64,000 bases of DNA from NCBI GenBank assembly GCA_008632985.1, contig QPGO01000155.1:62001-126000 (forward strand), given 5' to 3'. The notes below the pieces were generated by a model. The model was given only the letters and a program-made list of their open reading frames with translations. It did not search any database and was not told the DNA's origin. The translations under genes and the position numbers were made by a program. How positions within the stretch are numbered: the first letter of the stretch is position 1; each line of letters begins with the position of its first letter. This stretch comes from Psammoneis japonica (Eukaryota). Positions 12,757 through 25,082 of this stretch are shown here, piece by piece.

Positions 12757-14977
12757 ATGGCGGGAGCAAAGGTGCCGGTGGTTTTAACACTGATCGCTGC
12801 ATGCTTTTTGAGCAAAGCTTCCTGTTTTGCGTCTGCAGATCGGAATCTCCGACGTTGGGCATCTCGCGAACTGCAAAAAGACGAAGAAGGTGAGTGAGCT
12901 CCAGTTTTGCGTGTTATTGACGCTGGCACCGGAATCTTTTTCTAGAAAGCATCTCAACATTTTCTTGGACACAGGAATTTGCTATGCGGATAAAAAGCAA
13001 AACGGAAAGTTTGAACACCAGTGTGACTTTCCATTTTCTTATGACGGTGTGACCTACACTGACAGATGTGTAAGTGAAGATGGTATTCTGTGGTGCTACG
13101 TTGATACTGATAAGGAGAAATGGGGTGAATGTGCCGATACTGATGCTTGCAAAGGAGTTAAACAAGCACCAGCTCCTGCCGGTACTCCTCAGCCAGCCGA
13201 GACAACCACTGTTCCCACTGCTGGTGAGTGTTTTCTACAGTATGGTTCGCATAATGACGTCGACAAGGTTCAAGCGCCGAGACACACTAACGAGCTTCGC
13301 TTCTCTTACAATACAGCGCCCACCCCAATATCAACCGGCATGCCCACTAGTAAGTCCACTTCTTTGCCCACAGGTACGTCCAAATGACTCATTTAATACT
13401 TTTGACATCAAACAGAATAAGTTGTCAATTACGACCATCTCACGCCTTCGTTTGCGTTTGCCTCGTTTTGTTTCTGACTTGGGCCTTTTCTACCTTTTGA
13501 TTCTTACTATGCAGTAGCTTCCACTGTAAGTCCAACGACAGGAAAAGTTACTGCAGCACCAACAGGTAAGCTATGGAAAATCTGTTGCAAATTTCCGAGA
13601 CCAAAGGACAATCTGTCTAACGGGCTTTTTTGTGTTCATCTTTCAGATTCTTCGACAATGTCAGAAACTGCTGGGCCTACAAGTTTACCTACCGAAAAGC
13701 CCAAAAGTACAACCACGTCGTCTCCCACGCAAGAACCGGTCAAGAACGAAAAGCCGAACAATAAAAAGACGCCACCGCCATCGCAAGTCCTCACCAGTAC
13801 TATTATGCCTACGAACCTGTCAGCACCACGCCCAACACTGGACAGGGAAGAATCTAAAGATATTGTATCTGTGGAGTTGACACCTCTTTTGCTTGGTCTT
13901 GAAATACAAGATAGCGAAAGTCTTTTCCTCAAGAGCCTCAAAGTTGACAGCATATCAGATGTGCTATACGAAATCATGCATCAGCACTTGTTGGAGTACT
14001 ATGATGCCGCCCTGTCAGAGCCGGTCGCTGCCCTTCAGTTGCTAATAGTCTCAGAGGGACAAGTGCTGAAGGAATTGCAGAAGGATGGGGAAGGGCCGGT
14101 AGTACTAAATGAAAAGCTCTTTGGCAGGGTGATCTTCTATTCTCAGCACCCTTCCCAAGATGAGGTCGACCAAGCCACTATGGAGGCTCTGATAAATAGA
14201 GAATTTCTTTTTAAGGTTCAGCAATCTGAGGATCAGAACTTGTCCCGGACCACAAAGATCACCGTGACGATGGATGTGGATTCGAATACATTTGGTAGCG
14301 ACGGAGGCACAAACGAGGGCGAGTCCGGAATGAATAGGTCCACCAAGGTTGGAATTTTCGCTGCAATTATCTGTGGTGTCGCTGCTATTGTCGCATTGAC
14401 TGTTGTGATTGTACGGCTTAGGAGAGAAAAACCGGTCGTCAAAGAAAATCCTTTGGACGAGAAAGCGAACGATGCAAAAGATCAAGACTCACACAACACC
14501 GCTGATTCGCAAAGCGGACTGGCATCAATGCAACAGAAGGATGTTGATGCTTATAGTGGAGCAGTGATTAGCGACGTGGAGAGCGAACAGTCCGTCTATT
14601 CTTACTATCAAGATGGAGGAAGCACCATTTGCGGAGGGGCATCCTTGGCCAGTTTTATGTATGAAGAAGACAGCTCGTCAGTTCTTGGAAAGAGGTCATC
14701 CACTGAAAAGAAAGAAGTTTTTGTGCCTCCCGCGAATCTGTTATCTGCAGATCGCATTGAATCAGACTTGGATGATATTCTAGACGCCCAAGGAAAGTCA
14801 ATCACGATGAAAGAAGACCAAGAAGCTGCTGAGAACCATGCGAGGGTATCACAGAGTTCCAAATCATCGTTGTCCAATGCTCGACAGCCAACATTAAGTG
14901 AACGTATGAAACCTGATAGACGCGATTGGACAGAGAAGTATGGAGTCTCTGTCCTATCATTGGACAACGACCCGTAG
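12757..14977 (+). CDS. Secreted type-I membrane protein: fibronectin type-II domain, Pro/Thr-rich stalk, SEA-like domain, TM, cytoplasmic tail (5 exons)
   Basis: Signal peptide MAGAKVPVVLTLIAAC and RXL motifs (RNL, REL). FN2 pattern CDFPFSYDGVTY..C....WC......WGEC. Phase-1 GT-AG introns at 12890-12974, 13224-13316, 13374-13514 (or 13517) and 13566-13646. TM segment GIFAAIICGVAAIVALTVVIV followed by RLRR. SEA-like assignment is inference. Confidence 0.85.
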
Positions 14978-16305
14978 CAAAGCTTGGAGTGAACTTAGCT
15001 TACCAAACTATAGACATTTATAAAGGAGTAAAATGTCCATTTTCAAGCAGACGCATACAAGACGTCGGCGGCTGATCCAAAATAATTGCACTCTCAGCGA
15101 TTGATCGTAGCAATCCCAATCGCAAACGTCTCAGCAAACTGGATCGGCATGGCAAAAGACCAGAGCTAGGGCACTGCACAGGTCAGAAGTAGCGAATCCC
15201 TCGCTAAACAAGTGGCCCTTTTCAGCATGCTGGATCATTCAACCCGTGCAGTACTAGAAGGCATGCCAGAAGACCAGAGAGCTACACGCTACGCAGTCAG
15301 AAGTAGTATACACTCGAGAAAGAACGGCTCTTCTCTGCCCAAGCTCCGGTGCTCGATCCATCGCTGGAAGCGGTAGCTATCCGCCACACTCAGTCGGTTC
15401 GATGGATGGTCTTTTGCCTTGAGTCAATCGAGAATACCTCAAGCCATAGTGATGATTTCTACAGTCCTCGTCTCGCAGATCCGTTTGCCCCGTTGCGGTG
15501 ACGAGCAAAACGTCGACAAAAGATGTGTTGTTTAGGAATTCACTGTGGTACATCGCGAGAGGAGCTTTGGTATCTGATCGCAACTACTCGTATACCGTAC
15601 CAGTCAGAGATACCTGGTAGAAGATGATTGAGTTATCCCTCAGAATCAGAAAAGGCGACCACCATCAGAATCTTCGAACCAGTTGTGGCACTCCGCGCAT
15701 GAGTCAGTGTCTTTGTACCGGTATCACCTGGCCGCACTACCAGTATATTACAGTACGGTATGCTGAGGGCTGCGGGACAACCGATCATGGATCCATTGAT
15801 GGACGATCCACGCCCCCGCGATCTTCTGCGTTTTCCTATTTTACTGTAGTTGCGAATCGTGTGATTGAGCGACGAGCTTTATGATATATCGCAACTGTAT
15901 ATCTTGTGACGCAACGAATTTGTGTCATTTTGTCTCGGATCATTCTTTCCGCCATCAGGGCAATAGATGTGAAGCGGCGGGAATCTTGCAAAGCCGTTGA
16001 ATCATAATACTCCGAGCCATCCATCATTTGAATATATGAAATATCAAATAAAAAATATTATGTATATTACTATCCAAATGTTAAGGATAAGATGAAAAAT
16101 TTCATAATTTCATTTCTTGCCGCCAAAATTCTTCTATTGATTGTATTCACTGTCGATTATCCTTATTTAGCACTCCTCACAAATTTTCACCGCGCTCGTG
16201 CCAAATCCCGCCATTTTTCACACCAGTGTTCATTCTTGTTGAAGAGGCGAACCTCTCGTCGCGTGCGTCCTGGTCGTCACTCTCCCTGAAGATTGGCGTT
16301 CGACA

Positions 16306-18339
16306 ATGATGCGACCTGCTAGACTTTCCTTCGTGCTTTTTCTTTCTTCATCGGCACTTGCCAGGGAGATTGTTCGTGATGACGTGAATTTAAGAAGCAA
16401 GTTGTTTCTCGAAGACTTGGAAGACAGCAAAAGGACGACGGTATGTTTTAAATGTTTCGTGTGTTTGAGAACAATGATCTCGGCATGTTTGATGCACATG
16501 TTGAAACTTATGTGCCCGTCTCTCTCACTCATGTAAATATTGTCATTATTTTTCCTGCCACAGATGTGTGTTATGCCGCCTATGAGGACGATGACGAATA
16601 CGAGGAGGAGTGCGGCTTTCCATTTAAGTACAAAGGGACCACATACACAGGATGCACTACGAAAGACAACGATGGAACCCCGTGGTGTTTTCACAAAAAC
16701 GGAGATGACTGGGGACATTGCGAAGACTCAGCTGCTTGTCGAGGAGATGCACCATCTTCTACGCCCAACCCAACAGGTAGTCCGACTCTAGGTAAGTCGC
16801 TCTTTCACTTTTTTCTGAATGTTTTTCGGATATCAATTCACGTTCTAAACTGACACTTGTTTTGTAACTTTGGTGTTTAGATCCTACGTCTGAAACCACC
16901 TTGGCACCTTCTGCGGCAGTGACCCCCGGACCCACGGACGAATCAGAATCTCCTTCGCCCACGAGTGCACCGACGAGTTCACCCACAATTGCAACCACGA
17001 GTGCACCGACGAGTGCACCGACGAGTGCACCCACAATTGCAATCACGAGTGCACCGACGAGTGCAACCACGAGTACAACCGCACCGACGATTACAGCCGC
17101 ACCGACTAGTACAACGACTAGTACAACGACCAGTGCACCCACGAGTGTACCGACGGTTGCGACTCCCCCAGCAGCCACGCAAGCACCAGCATCGACGGGA
17201 GGTCTGTTGGCGGTTCAAATGACTCCTGTTGTTGTGGGTTTATTGCTTCCGTCGGAGAATCGTCGCTTTCTACAAGATCAAACAGAAGGAGAAACCACGG
17301 AAGATATCTTTTATAATACTGTCTATGATCACTTGTTGGAGTCGTACGAATCATCCTTGTCAGAACCAGTGGCTGCGCTTCAGTTGCTTGTCCTGTCGCA
17401 GGGGGAAGAGCCTTTCAACGACACGGCGGTTCTTGTCAACGAAAGGGTATTAGGATCGGTGTACTTTTATGAGGAAAGGCCATTGCAGACGGACCTTGAC
17501 GCTGCAACAAGTGTTGCCCTGGATAGTGACGAATTTCTCGTGAAACTTCAAAACTCACAAGACCCCACCTTGTCCAGTACTATGGATGTGGTTGTCACGG
17601 TTGACAATAGCGAAAATCCATTCAATTCCGAAAAAGGAGAAGACACGTCTGGCGGTAAAAGCAAGGGAGGGTTTGCTGGAATGAGCACAACTGCTTTTAT
17701 TGCGCTTTGTGCCACAATTGTTTGCGGTATTTGCGCCATTGCTCTTTTGGGATTCCTCGTAGTGCGTCTACGCAGACAGAATAAACAAGGCAAGGAGAGG
17801 GACTCCTCAGAGACTGATAAGAACGATGCCTCTCCCAAACATTCAGACACGGACGGTGCAAAGCATGAATTTGAAAACAAGGACGTGGAAGTCAACGGGG
17901 AACCGATGGTTAGTGACTTGGAGAGTGTGCAATCGATTTATTCATACCTCCCGGACGATTCCAGCACGGTCAGGGAGGGTTGTCAATTGCCAACTATGCG
18001 TATCCGGATCCAGACGAGGCCGCCCCGTCCACTACATCATCCAAGGAGCCGGAAAAACGAGAGCTTCCCAAGACTCCTCCGAGTCTCTTATCAGCCAGGA
18101 GCCTCTCGGCCTCTCAGATTGAGTCTGAGTTAGATGACATTTTAGACTCTCGAGGACTTTCCTTTACCATGAACAAACCGGGAGTTTCGCCTCGTTCCAA
18201 TAGTCGCAAGTCGGAACCTCAAGCTCGACAAATGACACTCAGTGAAACAAGCAAGAAACAGGACGATCGTGATTGGACAGAAAAGTACGGAATCCCTCCA
18301 CCGATAGCACCTAAGAGTGCTGTGATTCTGGTGATTTAG
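16306..18339 (+). CDS. Paralog of the 12757 gene (FN2, TSAP repeats, SEA-like, TM), with two apparent 1-nt frameshifts
   Basis: FN2 motif CGFPFKYKGTTYTGC...WC....WGHC. Shares LSEPVAALQLL, SD.ES.QS.YSY, IES.LDDILD and RDWTEKYG with the 12757 gene. Introns at about 16441-16563 and 16792-16880. Frame breaks in homopolymers near 16405 and 17972. Confidence 0.8.
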
Positions 18340-18476
18340 CAGCTGCATTCAGATAATTTCATTGCTACGAGTTGGTTGGGATGGGCTCTGTACGAAAACG
18401 TTAATTCATATGAAATATATCCCATAGTATGATACAAATCTTACATTCAATCCCATTACAGTACCTGTTTCCAGGC

Positions 18477-20490
18477 TAATGACACTATTTCCTTGTTACG
18501 CCGCTTCACCAATCCTCTCACCAACCAGATCATCGCTATTTTGTGACTGTCCGGAGACAGAGCCACCCAGTATTGTATCTTCATGAATTGTTTGCACGAG
18601 CTCGACTGGGTCCTTTGGTTGCGATGGTCTACTCTAGAGTTCGGCGTCAGAACATTCAATTTTGGGACGCTCTTCTTTCTGCGATCGCGGCGAAAACAGG
18701 GATCGTCACATTTTCAAGCCGTTTGGCGAAAACAATAGATTTTTCCAATCGTCGTCGCGGGATCTCGGACTACCAACGAAATCTTCCGGCAATGACAAAC
18801 TACTCTGTTCATCGCCAGGCCTGGCAACGCATGCTCCATCACAATCAACAGAGAATGGCGTTACATTACTACCCGGAGACTTGAAGGTTGAATGTGAGGA
18901 TTGACCAACAGATTCGTCTTGTTGCGAGTCACAAGAGCCGCTTCCGATGTCAGAAAGACTATCAAAATCACGACGGTTCCTTCTACGCTCCGCCGCAAAG
19001 ACGGCAAGTACCAAGACAAGTGCACTACCAACAGTAATTCCAACAAAAGCAGATACAGGAAAACGATCATTGCTTTTGTCTTCGCTTTCAGTCACGCCGT
19101 CGACACCATTACTTTCTGTCTGGTGTTTGTTGCACTCTATTTCCAAAGATATCAAATTAGCATTCGGCATCTCGTCCATGGTGAAAATGATCGCATCGAG
19201 TACTTTGCATTTTGTCAAGTCCATTTCAGTTGCACCCTTCAACTTTATTAAGGTCATACTGCCGTCAATCAACGGACAGTTGGAACCACAGTCTGACAAA
19301 GATAAGGTGAGAACTACAGCAATAAATTGAAATGCGGTACAACACTTCCTAATCGTATCTCTTGCAATTTCCAACTTACCGCCTGAAATTTCGTCCAGGG
19401 GCATCGACGATACCTTGACCAAACCATCCATCAAACGTCGGTTCTTTCGATGATACTTAGTAACGGAATTAAGTTTTCTTCTACTTGAACATATTCCAAT
19501 TTTGTTGAGATTCTCCATTATTGCTAAATCAACGACGAGCAAAGCCACATACACATCATGCTAGTTGCTCATGTCTACCATAAGATTGTAAGTAAAGTTC
19601 AATGGCACCGACTCTGTCTCGTTAAAAGAGCATCGAGGCAAGTGATTTCGGAGGTAACCCCGTCGGAGTAAAAATGGCCATCTGAGCCATTCGGTGACGC
19701 TGGTGAGGGAGTTGAAGGGTGAGGCGACACAGTTTCAGCCGGGGTTAACGTAGGAGTGAAATAGTGTGTGGTAGGTCCAGCTGAACCAGACGGAACCGAC
19801 GTGATTGGGACAAGAGTTGGTGCGAATGACCCTCCCGGCGTGGACGTGGGAATTGCCTCGTCATGCGCACTGGATGAGCCTGTAGGACTAATCGCAGGGG
19901 TATTTGGCTCAGTTGTTGAAGGGGATCCCAGTTGAGTGGAGCCAGAGTTCTTGCTGCTATTGGAGCGGAAGAAGATATGTCCACCGGTTTCTCAGTAGGT
20001 TGCGCGTTTGGAGCATCCGTAGAAGAATGTGCCTCCGGAGACAACGAGCTCTGGGCACTTGTCGGTTCCGTTGTTGTAGAACTCTTTTCACTTTGTTGAG
20101 AGGGATTTAGATAGTATGGTGGTAGCCTCCTTGTTTCCAGAGTTGGGTGTGGGTAAGAGTTGCCGTCAAAGGTGGTTCTGTACGGTAAGGTCCGTGTCAC
20201 CTTGATTACAATTCATACCTGCATAGAGATACGTGATTCCATTATACTCACGAAAGTCGTCTTGAATAATAGAAGCGTATCAAATGCAGCTCCATCGAAG
20301 GCTGTCACTGTCATGGATCCTTGTATCTCATGGCACCTTGCACCGCATTCTTCACGCAGTTCCATAGATGCGGTAATCAACGCTTCTCTTGTTCCTTTCG
20401 AGCTTCCTCCACACAAAGTTTACGGCACGGCATTCTGCATCTGCCAAACAAAATCGCCACCATTCAAAGCCCAGCCAATCGCTCCACAAA
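18477..20490 (-). pseudogene. Degenerate Pro/Thr-rich type-I membrane protein gene
   Basis: P/T/S-rich ORF 19745-20200. ORF 18706-19554 has RRKL and a TM (AFVGITVGSALVLVLAVFAA then ERRR). Several in-frame stops and frameshifts. Its 3' flank (~18400-18455) is homologous to ~21757-21812. Boundaries approximate. Confidence 0.55.
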
Positions 20491-20663
20491 TTTATTTCAT
20501 CTTGCGCATTCAAATACCACAGAAAGGAAGACACCTTTATGTTGTTGGTTGCTGCTCATGATGGACGAGTCAGTCGAAATTGAAATTTGAAAATGCTAAT
20601 GCCGGTGGCCGCGGTGTCAAAACGCATGGTGAGCAAAAGGGAATCGTGCATGATGAGAAACAA

Positions 20664-20856
20664 GGGAATCTACGCATGGGATAAAGAGAATCTACGCATG
20701 GGAAAAAGGGAATCTACGCATGAGAAAAACGGAATCTACGCATGAGAAAAAGGGAATCTACGCATGAGGAAAAGGGAATCTACGCATGAGATAAAGGGAA
20801 TCTACGCATGAGAAAAACGGAATCTACGCATGAGAAAAAGGGAATCTACGCATGGG
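20664..20856. repeat. 22-bp minisatellite, 9 copies (GGGAATCTACGCATGAGAAAAA)
   Basis: Core GAATCTACGCATG recurs at 20666, 20688, 20710, 20732, 20754, 20776, 20798, 20820 and 20842. Confidence 0.95.
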
Positions 20857-21826
20857 ATTCCAAATCTGCCTGTTTTCGTCCGGTTTCACACCGGCAGCAC
20901 CGTCCGCACATATTGATTATAAATCGTTGTATAAATACATGATAAACTATTTAAGAATAAATAACGGCACGTTGAAGTTCGATCGTGCTCGCAGCAGGCA
21001 CGCAGAGCAGGCGATCACAATGACAGCCCAGACCCATCACCGACGGTACCGGCACCGTAATACGTCCGATCTCATGTGCAACTCTCCGCAGCCGTCTCGT
21101 TTACCCCATGGATATACGGCAGCTTTGACTTGCCATCTCCTGCTGCATACAGTACGAGCGGTATGTACTTCTACGCGATTACAAGTCCAAAATCAAGAAC
21201 ACCACGGTCCAAACTGAGGACCAATCTAGAGGTACGCTAGATTTCCCCGCATTCCTCTTTCTCCTTGTTTTGAAGCAGCATTTCACCAAAAAGCCGAGCT
21301 ACTCTACGTTTTTCGCAGATTTTTCACAAGGACGAATTCATACAGCTGTTTGTTTTTGATTTCATGGTGGGAGCCTGGTATGGAGTCATTGCACCGCTCA
21401 ATCGCATCTTTGTGACATGCTTATTCCTCTTTGGCCTATAAGGTTGTAAGGTACATGGCTCTCTTCATATGCGGTAACAAGTATGAAGGTGGAGGGTTTC
21501 TGTTCTACACGCTTTCGACGATTCTGTTTGCGTTTTGTACTTGATCATTCCCGGCGTAGCTGGCTACTTGTGCGCTCACCATTCACCGGCAACTGGTGGT
21601 ATATTTCTATCACTCATCCTGATCACCTTCTTCGTTCATTGTTGCATTCAAATTCGCGTTTATAGAACCGTCAAGGATGCTTTCTTAAGCTAAGGCTTGT
21701 GATTTTGACAACTAACACGATGTGCGCACTCCATACGAACGGAAACTGGGTGCATGGTTAATTCATATAAAATATATTACGTAATATGATACAAGTCTTA
21801 CATCCAATCCCAATACCTCTTCCATG

Positions 21827-24445
21827 CTAATGACGCTGTATGCCGTTCTTGTAGCCATCAGGTACGAGGCTGTCGGGCGCGACGGCATTTTCAGTAGTCG
21901 CGGTGGCATCATCGTCCCAAAGCGGCGCACTGTCGTCGAAGGTGATTGTGTCCTCTTCGCCGAACTCTTTCGGGGTCGGAGCTAAAGACAAGCCCACCAT
22001 TTTGGAAACAGCAATCAAATCAGGACCATATTCCAGTCTCATTTCCCTTTGACGGCTTGCCTTTTCATCGTCATCTGCCTTGTTGCCACCCGTTTGTCGT
22101 TCTTGGTCGTAGTCATCGAGATTTGGATTTTCAAAGTGATTTTCATAGTCCAAATGCATATCTCGAAACCAACCAGAGTCAACAGCTTTGACTTGAGACT
22201 GGAATACGTCCTGCTCCGAAGGCTCTTCCGAATCAGAATAGCTAGAAACACTCCAGTCCATCATTTCTTCAGACTCTTGCTGTTTCTTCTGAAACGGTTG
22301 TTCTGACAAGACCGACGTCCACTTTCTAACCACATTCACAAGTTTAACATGCTTCTTCTCGGGACTGTCGCCCAATACTTCCTCCGCGCTATTGATTCCA
22401 AGAATCTCATTGCTAAACTCTGGAGGAATCATCACTTTATGTTTGTTGACCTTGGAGTTCCGAACCGACACGGCAACGAGCAGAGCTAGAACACAGGACC
22501 CACTCACGGCAGCAACGAGAAGTGAACTAGTAGATGCATCACCCTCTGATGAGATGCTGGTGCGTTGAGCTTCCGGAGGAGTATTGGCGTTGTGATCTCC
22601 AGTTGCGGAAATGATTTCCTCTTCCCCGATGACTTTGATTGAAGACAACGTTATTCCTGCGTCGCTCATCTTTTTCTCAAGCAGTTTCATTTTGTCCTCT
22701 CCAAAAGACTCAGCCAAGTATGATGTGGCAGTACTAGAATCAATGGCGGCGACAGCCTCAACGTCACCTTGTAGTTCAAGGGTCATCGCTATGCGGATCC
22801 GGGATACTGTCTTCTTGCCAACGTTGAGTTTTCTCAATTTTGATTCGTCCTTCGTAGCCAAGAACATGACTTTATAGTCGACAAGGAGAGGACCAATCTT
22901 GCTTTCTAACAGTGGAAACAATGACATTCTGATGTTTGACAGGAATAAATGCTTGTCTCTGGACATGTCAAAGTCGCCCTGAAACTCAATGATCAGAGGA
23001 TTACTCTCGACTTTCTTTTGAGAATAACCCACTTTATTTACTGGAGGCGGGCTTGAGCTGGTCGTTTCTGGTGTACAGGGGTAGCTTTTAGCTCCGCTTC
23101 AACAAAAGAACTTTTGAAGGCGGCTGACTTTCCCCATCCACTGCCAGCCACAATTGGATCCGTTGCAGCCGTATCGGACCACTCAGTCGCCGCTACTGAC
23201 GACGCTACGGGACTATCATAGTATCCGTAGTTCCAGGTCGATGAATGTGCTGTAGGGCTCCAAGAAAAGTAATCCTCTTGCCCTTGCCACGTTGGTGAGG
23301 TGGCGGGTACGTCATGCTTTGGAATAGTGTAGATCGGTGACCCCGTTGAATAAACATAGGAATCTGTCACAGTAGGGGAAGAGACCATCTCCTCTGGTTG
23401 GACACGTGGAGATAACACGGGACCTGTAGGTTCAATCTTCTCGTTCTGTAAAGTTTGTACATTTGTCCCATCTACTGCTTCCGGATCGGGTGCAGAGTCC
23501 TCCACAACCTTTGGCGTGAGAGGATCAGCCGTCTCAGACATGTCGTGCGCCAACGTTTGCTCGTCTATTCCCGCTGCAGTTGCTTCTGGTGCCGATTCCT
23601 CCGTAACGCCTGGTGGTAGAACTGTGACAGGATCTATAGTCTCGGTCGTTTCTTTTGCAAAAGTTGTTTCTCCTCTTTCTTTGTCTGAAGCTGTTTCCGG
23701 TGTGATGTCCTCCGTAGCGTCTGGCGTGAGAGTTTGTTCCGAAATTGGAGGTGGGGCCAACGCCGGATCTGCAGGGGAAGTCATCTCGCTCACGACAGTT
23801 GGTTTGCTATCTTCCCCCTCTGCAGCTGCTTCCTGTCCAATATCCTCAATGTACGGTTCCAGAGTTTTTACCGAGATAGGATTTGAATCTTCAGGCTCTT
23901 TTATGAAACTGGCTGTTTCCTCCGTGGTAGACTCCCGTTTTCCTTTAAATGGCTCTGAAGCTACATGTGTCTTGGCGACAGAGTGGGTGCTCCAAAATTG
24001 ATGCACTTGCCTTTTTCGAGGGTCTGGCGTGAACAAGGCGAGAATTTGCAAAACATAAATCAGAATACGCCATGCCAAATTCCAGATTAAGAACAAAAGA
24101 CTTGCCTGTGGGTGCGCTTTGTTTCTCGGTATAGAAATTGGATTTGACTGCGCCTTTCAAAGATCCGTAACTACTGAAGGCTCCATACGTGCCATGTGCC
24201 TCCTTTTTAGAGATCGTAAACCCTCTTTTCTTTCTATGCTTCTCGGTGGTACTTTTCTTTCCACTACTTTTCTTTCCGCCCTTCTTACCCCCTTTGCCTG
24301 CTGGTAAAATCCGCATTACATTACGATGATGTACAGCCCAGTGTTCTTCACTAACTTCTCTAGTTGCACGCTTGTTTTCATCAGCCATTATGCATTTTGA
24401 GTAGCAACTCAGGAGCAGGACAAGGGTGCACAAAAAGAAGTTCAT
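21827..24445 (-). CDS. Secreted type-I membrane protein: Lys-rich N-terminus, acidic Pro/Thr stalk, SEA-like domain, TM
   Basis: Signal peptide MNFFLCTLVLLLSC, then RIL followed by GKGGKKGGKKSSGKKS. An in-frame GC-AG intron (24105-24024) joins to ORF 23038-24096. A 1-nt frameshift near 23050 joins ORF 21827-23032, which has RKL and TM LLVAAVSGSCVLALLVAVSV. Confidence 0.72.
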
Positions 24446-25082
24446 ATTCTTTTTCGCAATTGTTTCTTGGGTGGTTCTCCCTTCTCGTCCCATCGATCAC
24501 GATTTAGCAAACGTACTACAAAAACCACAGTGACTGTTTGCCAGACACAATAACAAATCGTCTCATTGACGATTTTCTGGTCTTTTCTAATGTGGGTGAT
24601 GACATTAAAATAGAAGTGCACGATGTGATCTCACCCTTTGGGGAAAGCACGCAAAATGTGAGCGTGGATGCGTTGTGTCGGGAGTATCAGGACTTTAGAT
24701 GAAACCTTGATAGCTATTTCGAATAGTTTCTACAAGAATTGATATCTTCATTTGATATCTCGACAAATTTTCATTCGTTGGAGAGATAGATGAATGCGAT
24801 GCGTGCGTGCGAGGCAAAAAATCCCCTGAAGCCACAATCGGCCCTCTTCTCTACTCTCTCTACAGTAGCTAGCTACTCTCTAGCTAGAGCTAGCTCTAGA
24901 GAGTCTACCGGTACCGGTAGTTAGGTCTCTCTAGAGTAGGTCGCTCTTGATACTCTCTTGTGCTCAATTTATTAGAAAGGGTTAATCGTTATTTTTAAGG
25001 AACAGAAATGAAAAGGCAAAACTAATTAAGCTTTTCACTATAATGTACACAAACACTCATTTTCTACCCCAGAAGAAATGCT

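Noticed and set aside
16759..17354. Antisense and alternate-frame ORFs (VGALV, HRRV, CTRR repeats)
   Set aside because: Shadows of the TSAP-repeat coding region of the + strand gene.
20664..20856. CRISPR-like array
   Set aside because: Units are contiguous 22-mers with no unique spacers, there are no cas genes, and the context is eukaryotic.
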